Part shown: positions 16,852 through 26,952 of the stretch, piece by piece
How positions within the stretch are numbered: position 1 is the stretch's first letter
Layout of the letters: the number at the start of each line of letters is the position of its first letter
Origin: Planctomycetota bacterium
GTDB taxonomy: Bacteria; Planctomycetota; B15-G4
Assembly: GCA_965248575.1 (NCBI GenBank)
Contig: CBDFJQ010000002.1
Coordinates: forward strand, 1,088,001-1,152,000
DNA: 64,000 nt
Direction of reading: 5' to 3'
Position numbers and translations under genes: made by a program
Notes under the pieces: model-generated
Database searches by the model: none
What the model was told of the DNA's origin: nothing
The model's input: the letters and a program-made list of their open reading frames with translations, nothing else

Positions 16852-19533
16852 ATGACCCGGACACCCGACACGATTCGCGAACAGTACCTCCAGTTCTTCC
16901 AGGACAGGGGGCACACGCGACATCCATCCGACGGATTGGTTCCCGAGAACGACCCGACGCTGCTGTTCACCGGCGCTGGCATGAACCAGTTCAAAGCCGA
17001 GTTCCTGGGCAAGGGCAGCCTTCCGTTCAAGCGGGCCACCACATCCCAGAAGTGCTTGCGGATGCCCGACCTCGACAACGTCGGACGCACGTCGTCGCAC
17101 CACACATTCTTCGAGATGCTCGGCAACTTCTCCTTTGGCGACTACTTCAAGCAGGACGCCATCACCTGGGCCTGGGAGTTGCTGACGGGGGTGTTCGGTC
17201 TGCCGGCCGACCGACTGAGCGTCACGGTCTACAAGGACGATGACGAAGCGGCCGAGATCTGGGCTGATGGGGTGGGCCTGCCCGCTGAGCGGATCTTCCG
17301 CTGCGACGAAGACGAGAACTTCTGGCCGGCCTCAGCTCCCTCCAAGGGGCCCAACGGGATTTGCGGCCCGTGCTCCGAGATCTACTTCGACTACTACCCG
17401 GAGCGGGGGGCCTTGCCCTCGGCGGGCCCGGGCGAAGACGGCGCGCGCCTGGTCGAGATCTGGAACCTCGTGTTCACGCAGTTCGAACGGCAGGACGGCG
17501 GCGTTCTCAAGCCGCTCCCGAATGCCAACATCGATACTGGAATGGGCTTCGAGCGCATCGTCCGCGTGCTGGAGTCGATGGACCGGGGGACGGTCCTTCC
17601 CAGCAACTTCGAAACGTTGCTGTTTGCCCCTCTGATGGAACAGGTCCACGAGCATGTGGGTCGGGAGACAGCCTTCGGAACGCCGGAGGGCGAACGCACG
17701 CGGCGCATCGTCGATCATGTGCGCGCGGCGGCCTTCTGCATCGGCGACGGCGTCCAACCCAGCAACGAGAAGCAGGGCTATGTCGTGCGCAAGGTCCTGC
17801 GGCGCGCCATGCTCGACCGCCACCTCTTGGGTGGAGATGTGCGCACCCCGTGGCTCTGTACCCTGGCCGAGGCCATCATCTCCTCCATGCAAGCTGCCTG
17901 GCCCGAGCTGGGCGAAGCCCGAAGCATGGTGAGTTCCGTCATCGCCGCCGAAGAAGAACGCTTCGCGGGCGCCTTCCTTTCCGGGTCACAGCGGCTGTCC
18001 GTGTTGGCCAAACAAGCCCGGGATGCCGGGCAGGAACAACTCTCAGGCGAACAGGCCTTCCTGCTCTATGACACCTTCGGGCTGCCGGTGGACATGCAGA
18101 AGCAACTGCTCGACAACGAGGGCCTCGAGGTCGATGAGGCCGGCTACAGAGACGCCATGGCCGAACAACGGCGGCGCTCCCGTGAGTCGTCCAAGATCTC
18201 CGATTCCATCTTCGATGAGGGGCCGCTCGCCGCGGTGTCCGGGAGCTTGCCCGCCACGGAGTTCGTGCGTGACGGATTGGAACTCAACGGCGCGAACATC
18301 CTCGCTGTCGTGGACGACACAGAAGACCCGGGCGACTCCTCTTCCGAAACGACCGCCGAGCAGAAGGTCGTCGTCGTGTTGGATCGCACGCCCTTCTACG
18401 CAGAAGGTGGCGGCCAGGTGGGCGATCGGGGAATTCTGGTGGGGGCAGATTTCCGCATCGAGATCGACGATGTGGTCAGCCTGCGAGGGATTTCCCTGCA
18501 CCGCGGAGCCGTCCTCGAGGGCGAGGCCCGACCAGGGCCGTGCACGGCGCGAGTCGATCAGGACGCACGCGATGCCACCGGCCGCAACCACACCGCAACG
18601 CACCTGCTTCATGCGGCACTCCACAGCATCCTCGGCGAAGACGTCACCCAGGCGGGCTCCCACGTGAACCCCGAGCGGCTGCGCTTCGACTTCCGGTTCC
18701 CCCGGGCACTCACAGAGGACGAACTCCGGGCAGTGGAAGACCTCGTCAACCACTGGATCCTGGGCAACGAGCTGGTGAGCGGGGAAGAGATGGGTCGAGA
18801 CGAGGCTCGTGAACTCGGCGCCATGGCGCTGTTCGGCGAGAAGTACGGCGACGTGGTGCGCGTCGTGCAGGTGCCCAATCGGCGGGGGCCCAAGAGCGTG
18901 GAACTCTGCGGCGGCACCCACGTGGGCCGCTCTGGGGATATCGGCATGTTCCGGGTCACCACCGAGACCAGCATCGCTGCCGGCATCCGCCGTATCGAAG
19001 CGCGCACTGGTGCAGGAGTGCTCCAGCTTCTCCGGGAGGACTCCGAACGCGTGCAGCGATCGGCTGCGCTGTTCAAAACCAGCCCCGAGCTGCTCGAGGA
19101 ACGCATCGCGAGCACCCAGAGCGACCTGAAGAGCGCGCGCAAGGAACTGGACCAGCTGCGGGCCGAGATGCTGGAAACCACCCTCGCGAAGTCCGTCGTG
19201 GAAACCCATGGCCTGCGCATCCTCTCCGCAGAGGTTGCTGGGGTCCCCGTGAAGGCCCTGCGCGAGATCATCGGCGAGTCGGTCAAGACCCAGTGCGACC
19301 TGGCCCTCGTGGCCATGGCAGACGGTGGGGGCACGAGCTTCCTGGTCGCCGCCGGCAAGGCTGCCCAGAATGCGGGCCTCAAGGCACGGGACCTGGTGGA
19401 ACAGCTCTGCGCAGCCTTGGACGGCAAGGGCGGTGGGAACGCCGCCTTCGCCCAGGGCCGGGGAGGGCCTCACGAGGACATTCCGGGCCTGCTCACAAGC
19501 GTGGCGCAAGAGGCCCTGGGAGCCGCATCCTGA
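16852..19533 (+). CDS. alaS: Alanine--tRNA ligase
   Basis: DPTLLFTGAGMNQFK, HHTFFEMLGNFSFGDYFK, IDTGMGFER, TPFYAEGGGQVGD, NHTATHLL, ELCGGTH. Confidence 0.98.
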   Translation: MTRTPDTIREQYLQFFQDRGHTRHPSDGLVPENDPTLLFTGAGMNQFKAEFLGKGSLPFKRATTSQKCLRMPDLDNVGRTSSHHTFFEMLGNFSFGDYFKQDAITWAWELLTGVFGLPADRLSVTVYKDDDEAAEIWADGVGLPAERIFRCDEDENFWPASAPSKGPNGICGPCSEIYFDYYPERGALPSAGPGEDGARLVEIWNLVFTQFERQDGGVLKPLPNANIDTGMGFERIVRVLESMDRGTVLPSNFETLLFAPLMEQVHEHVGRETAFGTPEGERTRRIVDHVRAAAFCIGDGVQPSNEKQGYVVRKVLRRAMLDRHLLGGDVRTPWLCTLAEAIISSMQAAWPELGEARSMVSSVIAAEEERFAGAFLSGSQRLSVLAKQARDAGQEQLSGEQAFLLYDTFGLPVDMQKQLLDNEGLEVDEAGYRDAMAEQRRRSRESSKISDSIFDEGPLAAVSGSLPATEFVRDGLELNGANILAVVDDTEDPGDSSSETTAEQKVVVVLDRTPFYAEGGGQVGDRGILVGADFRIEIDDVVSLRGISLHRGAVLEGEARPGPCTARVDQDARDATGRNHTATHLLHAALHSILGEDVTQAGSHVNPERLRFDFRFPRALTEDELRAVEDLVNHWILGNELVSGEEMGRDEARELGAMALFGEKYGDVVRVVQVPNRRGPKSVELCGGTHVGRSGDIGMFRVTTETSIAAGIRRIEARTGAGVLQLLREDSERVQRSAALFKTSPELLEERIASTQSDLKSARKELDQLRAEMLETTLAKSVVETHGLRILSAEVAGVPVKALREIIGESVKTQCDLALVAMADGGGTSFLVAAGKAAQNAGLKARDLVEQLCAALDGKGGGNAAFAQGRGGPHEDIPGLLTSVAQEALGAAS

Positions 19534-19738
19534 GGTCGCAGGCCGCGGGACCGGCAACCCGAGCCCCCAACCCGCGAGATCGCCAAATCGGGAGGCTCAT
19601 GGGCGATGAGGTCTTTTCCGGCAACGCGGCAGCCGGTAGAGTGACCGGTTTGGCCGGAGGGTCTCGGTCGAAGGATTCACCACACCCCCCGACACGGAGC
19701 GATTGAGCTCCGCGCCGGTCGCAGGAGGCGATGAGCCC

Positions 19739-19918
19739 ATGGCTGTTCCGAAGCGGAAGACCTCTAAGGCGCGGAAGCGCAAGCGGAGGGCACACTTGGC
19801 CCTTTCCACGCCGTCCACGTCGGTCTGTGACCGCTGTGGCGCACAGAAAGTGCCTCACGCCGTCTGTGAGGGTTGCGGTCACTACCGCGGCCGCGACGTC
19901 TTGGCACTCGACGCCTGA
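19739..19918 (+). CDS. rpmF: 50S ribosomal protein L32
   Basis: MAVPKRKTSKARKRKRRAH, CDRC...PHAVCEGCGHYRG. Confidence 0.96.
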   Translation: MAVPKRKTSKARKRKRRAHLALSTPSTSVCDRCGAQKVPHAVCEGCGHYRGRDVLALDA

Positions 19919-19938
19919 CCCGCCGAGCGCTTCGCTCC

Positions 19939-20949
19939 GTGAAAATCGCGATCGATGCTATGGGGGGCGACCACGCGCCTCAGGTCGTCGTAGAAGGAGC
20001 TGCATTGGCCACCCAACAGGGTGTGGTCGATGCACAGAGCTTGCTTCTCGTCGGCCCTGAAGCCGCCCTCCGCCCGGCGCTGGAACAGGCTGGACTGACG
20101 GAGGTCGAGATTCTCGACGCCTCGCAGGTGGTCGAGATGCACGAGAGTCCGTCTGCGGCCATCCGCTCCAAGCCGGACTCCTCCATTGTCGTGGCCATGA
20201 AGGCCGTGAGGGAGGGACACGCCCAGGCTTTCCTGTCCGCAGGGAATACCGGCGCCGTCGTGGCCGCTGCCCAGCTGATCCTGGGTCGCTTGCCAGGTGT
20301 GCAACGACCAGGCATCGCCGTCCCCGTGCCCACGAACACCGGCGCCCCCTGCATCGTCATCGACGTCGGGGCGAACATCTACTGCAAGCCCGAACACATG
20401 CGGCAGTACGCCGTCATGGCCTCTGAGTACAGCAAGGCCAACTTCGGGAAGGCGGCGCCCAACGTCGGCCTGCTGAACATCGGCGCCGAGGAGGGCAAGG
20501 GAAACCCCCTGATCCTCGAGGTGCACGAGCTGCTTCAGGGCAGCGACATCTCCTACAGCGGCTTCGTCGAAGGCCAAGACATCATGGGCGGCGAGATCGA
20601 CGTCGTTGTCTGCGAGGGCTTCGTGGGCAACGTGATCTTGAAGGTTGCCGAGGGCCTGGGCGCGTTCGTGAGCCGCCAGGTCCACGCGGCGTTCGCCCAT
20701 GCGCCACCCGCCGACAACGTCAAGCAAGCCGTGGCAAAGGCATTCCGGAAGCTGGACTACGCCGAATATGGCGGCGCTCCCTTGCTGGGCGTGGGCGCTC
20801 CGGTGCTGATCGGCCACGGCCGTTCCAGCCCCCACGCCATCATGAACATGGTTCACGCATCGCTGAAGTCCATCGAGTACGACGTGACACAGCACATCAC
20901 AGACTGTCTCAGTGTGGCTGCGCACGACACGACCCAGCCCAACACATGA
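19939..20949 (+). CDS. plsX: Phosphate acyltransferase PlsX
   Basis: KIAIDAMGGDHAP, SAGNTGA, DVGAN, LLNIGAEEGKGN, GFVGNVILK; GTG start. Confidence 0.96.
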   Translation: MKIAIDAMGGDHAPQVVVEGAALATQQGVVDAQSLLLVGPEAALRPALEQAGLTEVEILDASQVVEMHESPSAAIRSKPDSSIVVAMKAVREGHAQAFLSAGNTGAVVAAAQLILGRLPGVQRPGIAVPVPTNTGAPCIVIDVGANIYCKPEHMRQYAVMASEYSKANFGKAAPNVGLLNIGAEEGKGNPLILEVHELLQGSDISYSGFVEGQDIMGGEIDVVVCEGFVGNVILKVAEGLGAFVSRQVHAAFAHAPPADNVKQAVAKAFRKLDYAEYGGAPLLGVGAPVLIGHGRSSPHAIMNMVHASLKSIEYDVTQHITDCLSVAAHDTTQPNT

Positions 20950-20986
20950 CCCCGACCAATCCTCGGATCTGGCCCAGGACAGCCTC

Positions 20987-21973
20987 ATGACGAAAACACC
21001 CTTTGGAATCCTCGGCACGGGCTCCGCTGTCCCCGAGCACGCCCTCACCAACGACGAGATCTCGAAGCGCGTCGACACCTCGGACGAGTGGATCACCAAG
21101 CGCACAGGCATCAAGGAGCGCAGGATCCTCGGGCAGGGCCTGACCACGTCCGACCTGTGCCACGAGGCTTCGGTCAAGGCCATCGAGGACGCCGGCCTGA
21201 CGCCGCAGGACATCAGCTTGATCGTCCTGGGCACCGTGACCCCTGACCGACAGGTGGCAGCGACGGCCTGCAAGGTGCAGCAGATGCTGGGCTGCAACGA
21301 CATCCCGGCCTTCGACATGGCAGCGGGCTGCAGTGGCTTCGTCTACGGCAGCGTCATTGCTAGCCGCTTCCTCTGGACCGGCGGCCACGACAACGTGCTC
21401 GTGATCGGCGCCGAAGCCCTGTCGCGCATCGTCAACTACGACGACCGCAGCTCCTGCATCCTGTTCGGAGATGGAGCGGGCGCCGTGGTGTATGGCACTG
21501 GCTTCAAGGGCAAGGAGCTGCTTTCGAACTCGTTCTCCTCCAGCGGCGAGGGCTATGAGGTCATGCACACCATGGCCGGCGGAGCCGAGACGCCCCTCAC
21601 GCATGAACTCCTGGACGCCAACGAGCACAAGCTCGTCATCAAGGGGCGCGAGGTCTACAAGTTCGCGGTCAACAAGATGGTGGAGCTCGTACGCAAGGAG
21701 ATGGAGGCCAACCCGGACCTCGAGCTGGGCGCCGTCATCCCTCACCAAGTGAACATGCGCATTCTCGAGTCGGCCCGGGAGAAGCTCGGCCTCTCGTCGG
21801 ACCAGATCTTCGTGAACATCGATCGCTACGGGAACACCTCGGCCGCGTCAGTGCCATTGGCCCTGGACGAGGCGGTGCGATCCGGCTTCATGGATGGCAT
21901 GGAGGGCAAGCTCGTGGTGATGTGCGCCTTCGGCGCCGGGCTCACGTGGGGCTCCCTGGGGTTCCGCTGGTGA
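20987..21973 (+). CDS. fabH: Beta-ketoacyl-ACP synthase III
   Basis: DTSDEWITKRTGIKERR, AGCSGF, FGDGAGA, PHQVN, GNTSAAS, FGAGLTWG. Confidence 0.97.
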   Translation: MTKTPFGILGTGSAVPEHALTNDEISKRVDTSDEWITKRTGIKERRILGQGLTTSDLCHEASVKAIEDAGLTPQDISLIVLGTVTPDRQVAATACKVQQMLGCNDIPAFDMAAGCSGFVYGSVIASRFLWTGGHDNVLVIGAEALSRIVNYDDRSSCILFGDGAGAVVYGTGFKGKELLSNSFSSSGEGYEVMHTMAGGAETPLTHELLDANEHKLVIKGREVYKFAVNKMVELVRKEMEANPDLELGAVIPHQVNMRILESAREKLGLSSDQIFVNIDRYGNTSAASVPLALDEAVRSGFMDGMEGKLVVMCAFGAGLTWGSLGFRW

Positions 21974-22971
21974 GCGCTGCGGAGCAAGACACCCAAGCCG
22001 GCATCCTCTTTCCTGGGCAGGGCGCACAGGCGCTGGGCATGGGTTTGGACATTGCTGCAGCCCACCCGGCAGCGAAGCAGGTCTTTGAACTCGGTGCCGA
22101 TGTACTCGGCCTCGATCTTGCTGCCATCATCGCGGGCGATGACCAGGCTGCCCTGGATCGGACGGACGTGTGCCAGCCAGCCATCCTCGTGACCTCCCTG
22201 GCCGTCATGGCCGCCGCCGAAGCCAGCGGCCAGCTGGACGGCTCGTCGGTGGACAGCTGCGCGGGTCTCAGCCTGGGTGAATACACCGCCCTCGCCTGGG
22301 CGGGCGCCCTGGAGTGGGCGGACGCCATCCGCCTCGTGCGTACCCGCGGTGCGGCCATGCAACAAGCCTCCGAACAGAACCCCAGCGGCATGCTGTCGCT
22401 GGTGGGTGCAACGGTTGAGTCGGCCCAGGCTGTCTGCGAAGCGGCGCGAGGGACAGGCGTGTTGGTCGTCGCCAATGTGCTGGCCCCCGGCCAGGTGGCC
22501 ATCGCAGGAACCCACGACGCTCTCGACCGGGCCGCTGGCATCCTCAAGGAACACAAGATCCGCAAGGGCGTGAAACTGCCCGTCGCGGGAGCATTCCATT
22601 CGCCCTGCATGGAATCCGCAGGGGCCGCTCTGGCGGAGGCGCTTGAGTCCACGCCCTTCAAGCAGCCTCGCGTGCCTGTGGTCATGAACGTGACCGGCAC
22701 GGCCACGCGCGACCCCGAGCAGATGCGCGACCTGCTGCGGCGCCAGATGACGTCGCCCGTCCTCTGGCGTGACTCCATGGACGCGCTCTTCGGGCGTGGG
22801 GTCACCCAGTTCTTCGAACCCGCCCCCGGCAAGCAGCTCACCAACATGCTGCGCCGCTACGATCGGGAGCAAAACGAACACATGACCGTGACGACTGGTG
22901 GCGACGTCGCGGAACTGGACGCGTTGTCAGCGTGGCCAGGGACTGCTGCCGCGAGTGGAGAGGCACCATGA
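21970..22971 (+). CDS. fabD: Malonyl-CoA:ACP transacylase
   Basis: FPGQGAQ..GMG, QPAI, GLSLGEYTAL, VAGAFHS. Confidence 0.96.
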   Translation: MSAAEQDTQAGILFPGQGAQALGMGLDIAAAHPAAKQVFELGADVLGLDLAAIIAGDDQAALDRTDVCQPAILVTSLAVMAAAEASGQLDGSSVDSCAGLSLGEYTALAWAGALEWADAIRLVRTRGAAMQQASEQNPSGMLSLVGATVESAQAVCEAARGTGVLVVANVLAPGQVAIAGTHDALDRAAGILKEHKIRKGVKLPVAGAFHSPCMESAGAALAEALESTPFKQPRVPVVMNVTGTATRDPEQMRDLLRRQMTSPVLWRDSMDALFGRGVTQFFEPAPGKQLTNMLRRYDREQNEHMTVTTGGDVAELDALSAWPGTAAASGEAP

Positions 22972-23711
22972 CGGATCTTTCCGGTAAGACCGCCATCGTC
23001 ACCGGCGCATCGCGCGGGATCGGCTTGGGCATCACGCAGACCCTGGCACGCGCCGGCTGCAAGGTTGCAGCCGTGGCCACCTCCGAGACGTCGGCAGAGC
23101 GCGGGGCCGCCGCGGCACGGGAGCTGGGGGTCGAGGCCCTCGCCTTCGCCGCTGACGTCCGCGACAGCGCTCGGGCCCAGGAAATCGCCACCGAGGTCGC
23201 CAAGACCTGGGGCGGCATCGACATCCTGGTCAACAACGCGGGCATCACCCGCGACGGCCTGCTGATGAAGATGTCGGACGAGGACATCGACAGCGTGATC
23301 GACATCAATCTCAAGGCAGCGCTGTTCTATTCGCGCGCCGTAGCACGGCCCATGATCAAGGCCCGCACCGGTTCCATCATCAATGTCTCGTCGATCGTGG
23401 GTCTCGTGGGCAGCGCCGGACAGAGCAACTATGCCGCCGCCAAGGCCGGCCTTTTCGGCGTCACACGCTCCCTGGCCGCGGAGTTCGGAGCCCGGGGGGT
23501 CCGTGTCAACGCCATCGCCCCTGGCTACATCCAGACGGATATGACCTCGGAGCTGCCCGAAGAAGTCAAGGAGCAGAGCCGGAAGGCCATCCCCATGGGC
23601 CGCTTCGGAGACCCCGAGGACATCGCAAATGGCGTCCTTTTCCTGGCTTCTGACGCCGCAGGCTATGTGACGGGGACCACCCTCGTGATCGACGGGGGCA
23701 TGTCCCTCTAG
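22968..23711 (+). CDS. fabG: 3-oxoacyl-ACP reductase
   Basis: TGASRGIG, NNAGITRD, NYAAAKAG, in the fab operon. Confidence 0.96.
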   Translation: MTDLSGKTAIVTGASRGIGLGITQTLARAGCKVAAVATSETSAERGAAAARELGVEALAFAADVRDSARAQEIATEVAKTWGGIDILVNNAGITRDGLLMKMSDEDIDSVIDINLKAALFYSRAVARPMIKARTGSIINVSSIVGLVGSAGQSNYAAAKAGLFGVTRSLAAEFGARGVRVNAIAPGYIQTDMTSELPEEVKEQSRKAIPMGRFGDPEDIANGVLFLASDAAGYVTGTTLVIDGGMSL

Positions 23712-23761
23712 GAGCCTTTCCGGGCCCAAAGAGCAAGAGCAGAAGCAGTTTTCCCGGCGCC

Positions 23762-23789
23762 TTGACTTGGGCCGGGGCCTCAGCAAACT
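23762..23789 (+). promoter_or_regulatory. Putative internal sigma70 promoter for acpP
   Basis: TTGACT-N16-CAAACT in the fabG-acpP spacer. Confidence 0.45.
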
Positions 23790-23861
23790 ATTCGATTCAT
23801 CGGGTCGGACCAATCCACCCGAAGCCGGGCGACATGCCCATCCAAGAGACGGAGAGAACAG

Positions 23862-24110
23862 GTGCCTTCGACGCAGGAGATCGAGGAGAAAGTCGTCGCC
23901 ATCGTCTGTGAGCAGATGGGCGCGAGCAAGGAGAAGGTCAGCACGAGCACATCCTTCATCCAGGATCTCGGTGCAGACTCTCTCGACACCGTCGAGTTGG
24001 TCATGGAGTTCGAGGATCACTTCAACATCAGCATCCCTGATGAAGAGGCCGAGAAGATCCAGACCGTCGGCGATGCAGTGAGCTACATCTCGAACCACTC
24101 CGGTAGCTGA
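23862..24110 (+). CDS. acpP: Acyl carrier protein (fatty acid synthesis)
   Basis: [34 protein letters not shown]. Confidence 0.97.
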   Translation: MPSTQEIEEKVVAIVCEQMGASKEKVSTSTSFIQDLGADSLDTVELVMEFEDHFNISIPDEEAEKIQTVGDAVSYISNHSGS

Positions 24111-24135
24111 GCCACACGAGGCGATTCGGCCCATC

Positions 24136-25401
24136 ATGAACGATAGGGAACGAGAACCTCTTCGGCGCTCGGTCGTCGTCACTGGTCTGGGTGCAGTCTG
24201 CGGTCTAGGTCTCTCTTTCGCAGAGGTCTGGGACGGGCTGGTGCACGGACGCAGCGGCGTCGGACCCATCACGCATTTCGACACGACGGACTATCGGACC
24301 ACCTTCGGTGCGTTGGTTCCGAAGTTCGATGCTGCCGAGTTGTTTGGCGTCAAAGAGGCCCGCAAGCTGGATCCCTTCACCCAGTTCGCGCTGCTGGCGG
24401 CCAAGGATTGCATCGACGATTCCGGGATCGATTTCGAGCAACACGATCGGGACCGGATCGGATGCATCATGGGCACGGGGATCGGTGGCATCACGTCCAT
24501 CGAAGGGCACCATCTGGTGATGCTGGAGCGGGGCGTTCGACGCGCCTCGCCGCACTTCATCCCCAAGATGATGCCGAACGCCGTCAGCGGTCAAATCAGC
24601 ATCGTGCACGGTTTGCGTGGGACGAACTTCGCCACCAGTTCAGCGTGCGCGTCGGCAGGTCATGCCTTGGGCATGGCGCTGCGGACGATCCAGTACGGCG
24701 AAGCAGATGTGGTTCTCTCGGGCGGCTCTGAAGCACCCATCTCGACCCAGGCCGTTGCAGCCTTCGGTGCCATGAAGGCACTGTCCACGCGCAATGAAGC
24801 ACCGCAGGAAGCGTCCCGCCCCTTCGACAAGGATCGGGATGGATTCGTCATGGGTGAGGGAGCCTCGGTGCTCATGTTGGAAGAACGCCAGCATGCGCTC
24901 GACCGTGGTGCGCGCATCTACGCCGAGTTCGTGGGCTATGGGTCCACCGCTGACGCTTTCCACATCACCCAGCCCAAGGAAGATGCCGACGGCCCCACGC
25001 GCGCCATCAACTTGGCGTTGGCGGACGGAGGCCTGGTGCCCAGCGATGTGGACTACATCAACGCGCACGGCACATCGACCTACTTCAACGACCTGGTCGA
25101 GACCACGGCCTTGCGTCGGGTCTTCAAGGAGCACGCCGACAAGTTGGCGGTCTCCAGCAGCAAGTCCATGGTGGGGCATCTGCTGGGTGGCTCTGCGGCG
25201 GTCGAGGCAGCTGTCACGGCCAAGTCCATTTCAGAAGGGCTTGTGCACTGCACGCTCAACCACCATGAGCCCGGCGAGGGTTGCGACCTCGACTACATCC
25301 CCGGCGAAGCCAGGGCCCTGGCGGTGCGCACGGCCGTGAGCAACTCGCTCGGCTTCGGTGGACACAACGTCAGTCTCGCCTTCAGCAAGGCTCAAGTCTG
25401 A
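24136..25401 (+). CDS. fabF: Beta-ketoacyl-ACP synthase II
   Basis: SACASAGHA, RPFDKDRDGFVMGEG, YINAHGTST, KSMVGHLLG, GFGGHN. Confidence 0.97.
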   Translation: MNDREREPLRRSVVVTGLGAVCGLGLSFAEVWDGLVHGRSGVGPITHFDTTDYRTTFGALVPKFDAAELFGVKEARKLDPFTQFALLAAKDCIDDSGIDFEQHDRDRIGCIMGTGIGGITSIEGHHLVMLERGVRRASPHFIPKMMPNAVSGQISIVHGLRGTNFATSSACASAGHALGMALRTIQYGEADVVLSGGSEAPISTQAVAAFGAMKALSTRNEAPQEASRPFDKDRDGFVMGEGASVLMLEERQHALDRGARIYAEFVGYGSTADAFHITQPKEDADGPTRAINLALADGGLVPSDVDYINAHGTSTYFNDLVETTALRRVFKEHADKLAVSSSKSMVGHLLGGSAAVEAAVTAKSISEGLVHCTLNHHEPGEGCDLDYIPGEARALAVRTAVSNSLGFGGHNVSLAFSKAQV

Positions 25402-25403
25402 GC

Positions 25404-26801
25404 ATGCACCCACGGCTGAGCGCGCTGCAGGCCTCCTTGGACAGCGCGGGGCAGGCACATGTCCTGCGCTTCGCGGCAGAGCTCAGTGACGAGCAGGCCG
25501 AGGCCTTCGCGGACGAACTCGAAGCCCTGGATCTGAGACGCCTGCAGGGGCTGATCGGCCGGGTACTTGAGAGCGAGACCCAAGACGCCGGAGGCCCCGG
25601 CGAGGCACAGCTCGAGCCCCCGGAAGCCTTGGATTGGGGAACCGACGACGAGCGGGATGCCGCAGCCAGGGCCGCGGGAGAGAAGCTCCTCTCGGAGGGC
25701 AAGGTCGGCGCGTTCCTGGTGGCCGGGGGCCAAGGCACACGCCTTGGCTACGACGGCCCCAAGGGGCGTTACCCCGTGGGCCCTCTGACGCACCGCTCCC
25801 TGTTCGCGTATCACGCCCAACGTGTCTTGGCAGCGAGCCGTCGCTACGGCGCGGAGCTGCCCTTCTACGTGATGACGAGCCGGGCCAACAACGAGAACAC
25901 CCAGGCGGCCTTCGAGGAGGCCCGCTTTTTCGGCCTGCAACCTTCGCAGGTGTTCTTCCTGGTCCAAGGCATGCTTCCCGCCATCGACCCGCAGGGCAAG
26001 TTGCTGCTGGCGGACAAGGGCAGCCTGTCCCTGAGCCCCGACGGGCACGGGGGCTGCTTCCGCGCCCTCGAAGAGAGCGGCGCCCTGAAGGACATGGCGG
26101 CACGGGGGCTCGAGCAGCTCTTCTACTTCCAGGTCGACAACCCGCTTGCCCAGGTCTTCGACCCGCTCTTCATCGGGCACCACGCCCTGGCTGGCGCGCA
26201 GATGTCCACCAAGGTCGTGGAGAAGACGGAGCCAGGAGAGAAGGTGGGGGTTCTCGCCCGCGATCCCACCCTGGGACGCACCAGCCTGCTTGAGTACAGC
26301 GACCTGGACCCTGCGCTCGCTGAGGCCACGGATGCCGAAGGCCGGCTGCGCTTCCGCGCTGGCAACATCGCCATCCACATGCTCGATCTGGCCTTCGTCC
26401 GCTCCCTCGCCGAGGGCGGCCAGGATTTGCCGGTCCACCGGGCTGACAAGAAGGTGGCCTGCCTCGACGCAGCAGGTCAGCTGGTCGAGCCGTCTGAGCC
26501 CAATGCCGTGAAGATGGAGATGTTCGTCTTCGACGCGCTGCCCATGGCGGAACGCTCAGTGACCCAGTTCGTGCTGCGGGAAGACGAGTTTGCACCGGTC
26601 AAGAACGCCGAGGGCTCCGACAGTCCCGCAACCAGCGAAGCGGCCCTGTCGGAGCAGGCCAAGCGCTGGATGAAGGCCGCTGGCCTGGCGCCACCTTCGG
26701 GCGCGGCTGAAGTCGGCCCGCTCTTCGCCCTGGATCAGGCCCAGTTCCTCGCTACTCTGACCAGAGCAGACTTCGGTCCAGTCTTCGATCGCTCTGCCTG
26801 A
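25404..26801 (+). CDS. UDPGP-family (eukaryote UAP1-like) UDP-N-acetylglucosamine pyrophosphorylase
   Basis: AGGQGTRLG..GPKG, YVMTS, QGMLPA, PDGHGG, QVDNPL, EYSD, KMEMFVFDA, EFAPVKNA. Confidence 0.88.
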   Translation: MHPRLSALQASLDSAGQAHVLRFAAELSDEQAEAFADELEALDLRRLQGLIGRVLESETQDAGGPGEAQLEPPEALDWGTDDERDAAARAAGEKLLSEGKVGAFLVAGGQGTRLGYDGPKGRYPVGPLTHRSLFAYHAQRVLAASRRYGAELPFYVMTSRANNENTQAAFEEARFFGLQPSQVFFLVQGMLPAIDPQGKLLLADKGSLSLSPDGHGGCFRALEESGALKDMAARGLEQLFYFQVDNPLAQVFDPLFIGHHALAGAQMSTKVVEKTEPGEKVGVLARDPTLGRTSLLEYSDLDPALAEATDAEGRLRFRAGNIAIHMLDLAFVRSLAEGGQDLPVHRADKKVACLDAAGQLVEPSEPNAVKMEMFVFDALPMAERSVTQFVLREDEFAPVKNAEGSDSPATSEAALSEQAKRWMKAAGLAPPSGAAEVGPLFALDQAQFLATLTRADFGPVFDRSA

Positions 26802-26952
26802 GGCCAGCTTGGCCCCGCCCGCCTGCAGGGCGGAGCTTTGCAGACCTCGACGGCTTGGCGGCAGCGCATTGCATCGCATGGACCTCATGGACTTTATGGG
26901 GCCAGGTTCCTCACAAAGCGTGCTGCGCCCAAGAGGTAGAGGTAGCGAACGG

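Noticed and set aside
15711..21318. Long antisense or alternate-frame ORFs (e.g. 15711-17126, 18043-19557, 19882-21318; also 22857-24284, 31796-33274, 54432-55844, 56760-58397)
   Set aside because: They overlap well-supported genes, lack motifs, and are expected shadows in high-GC DNA.
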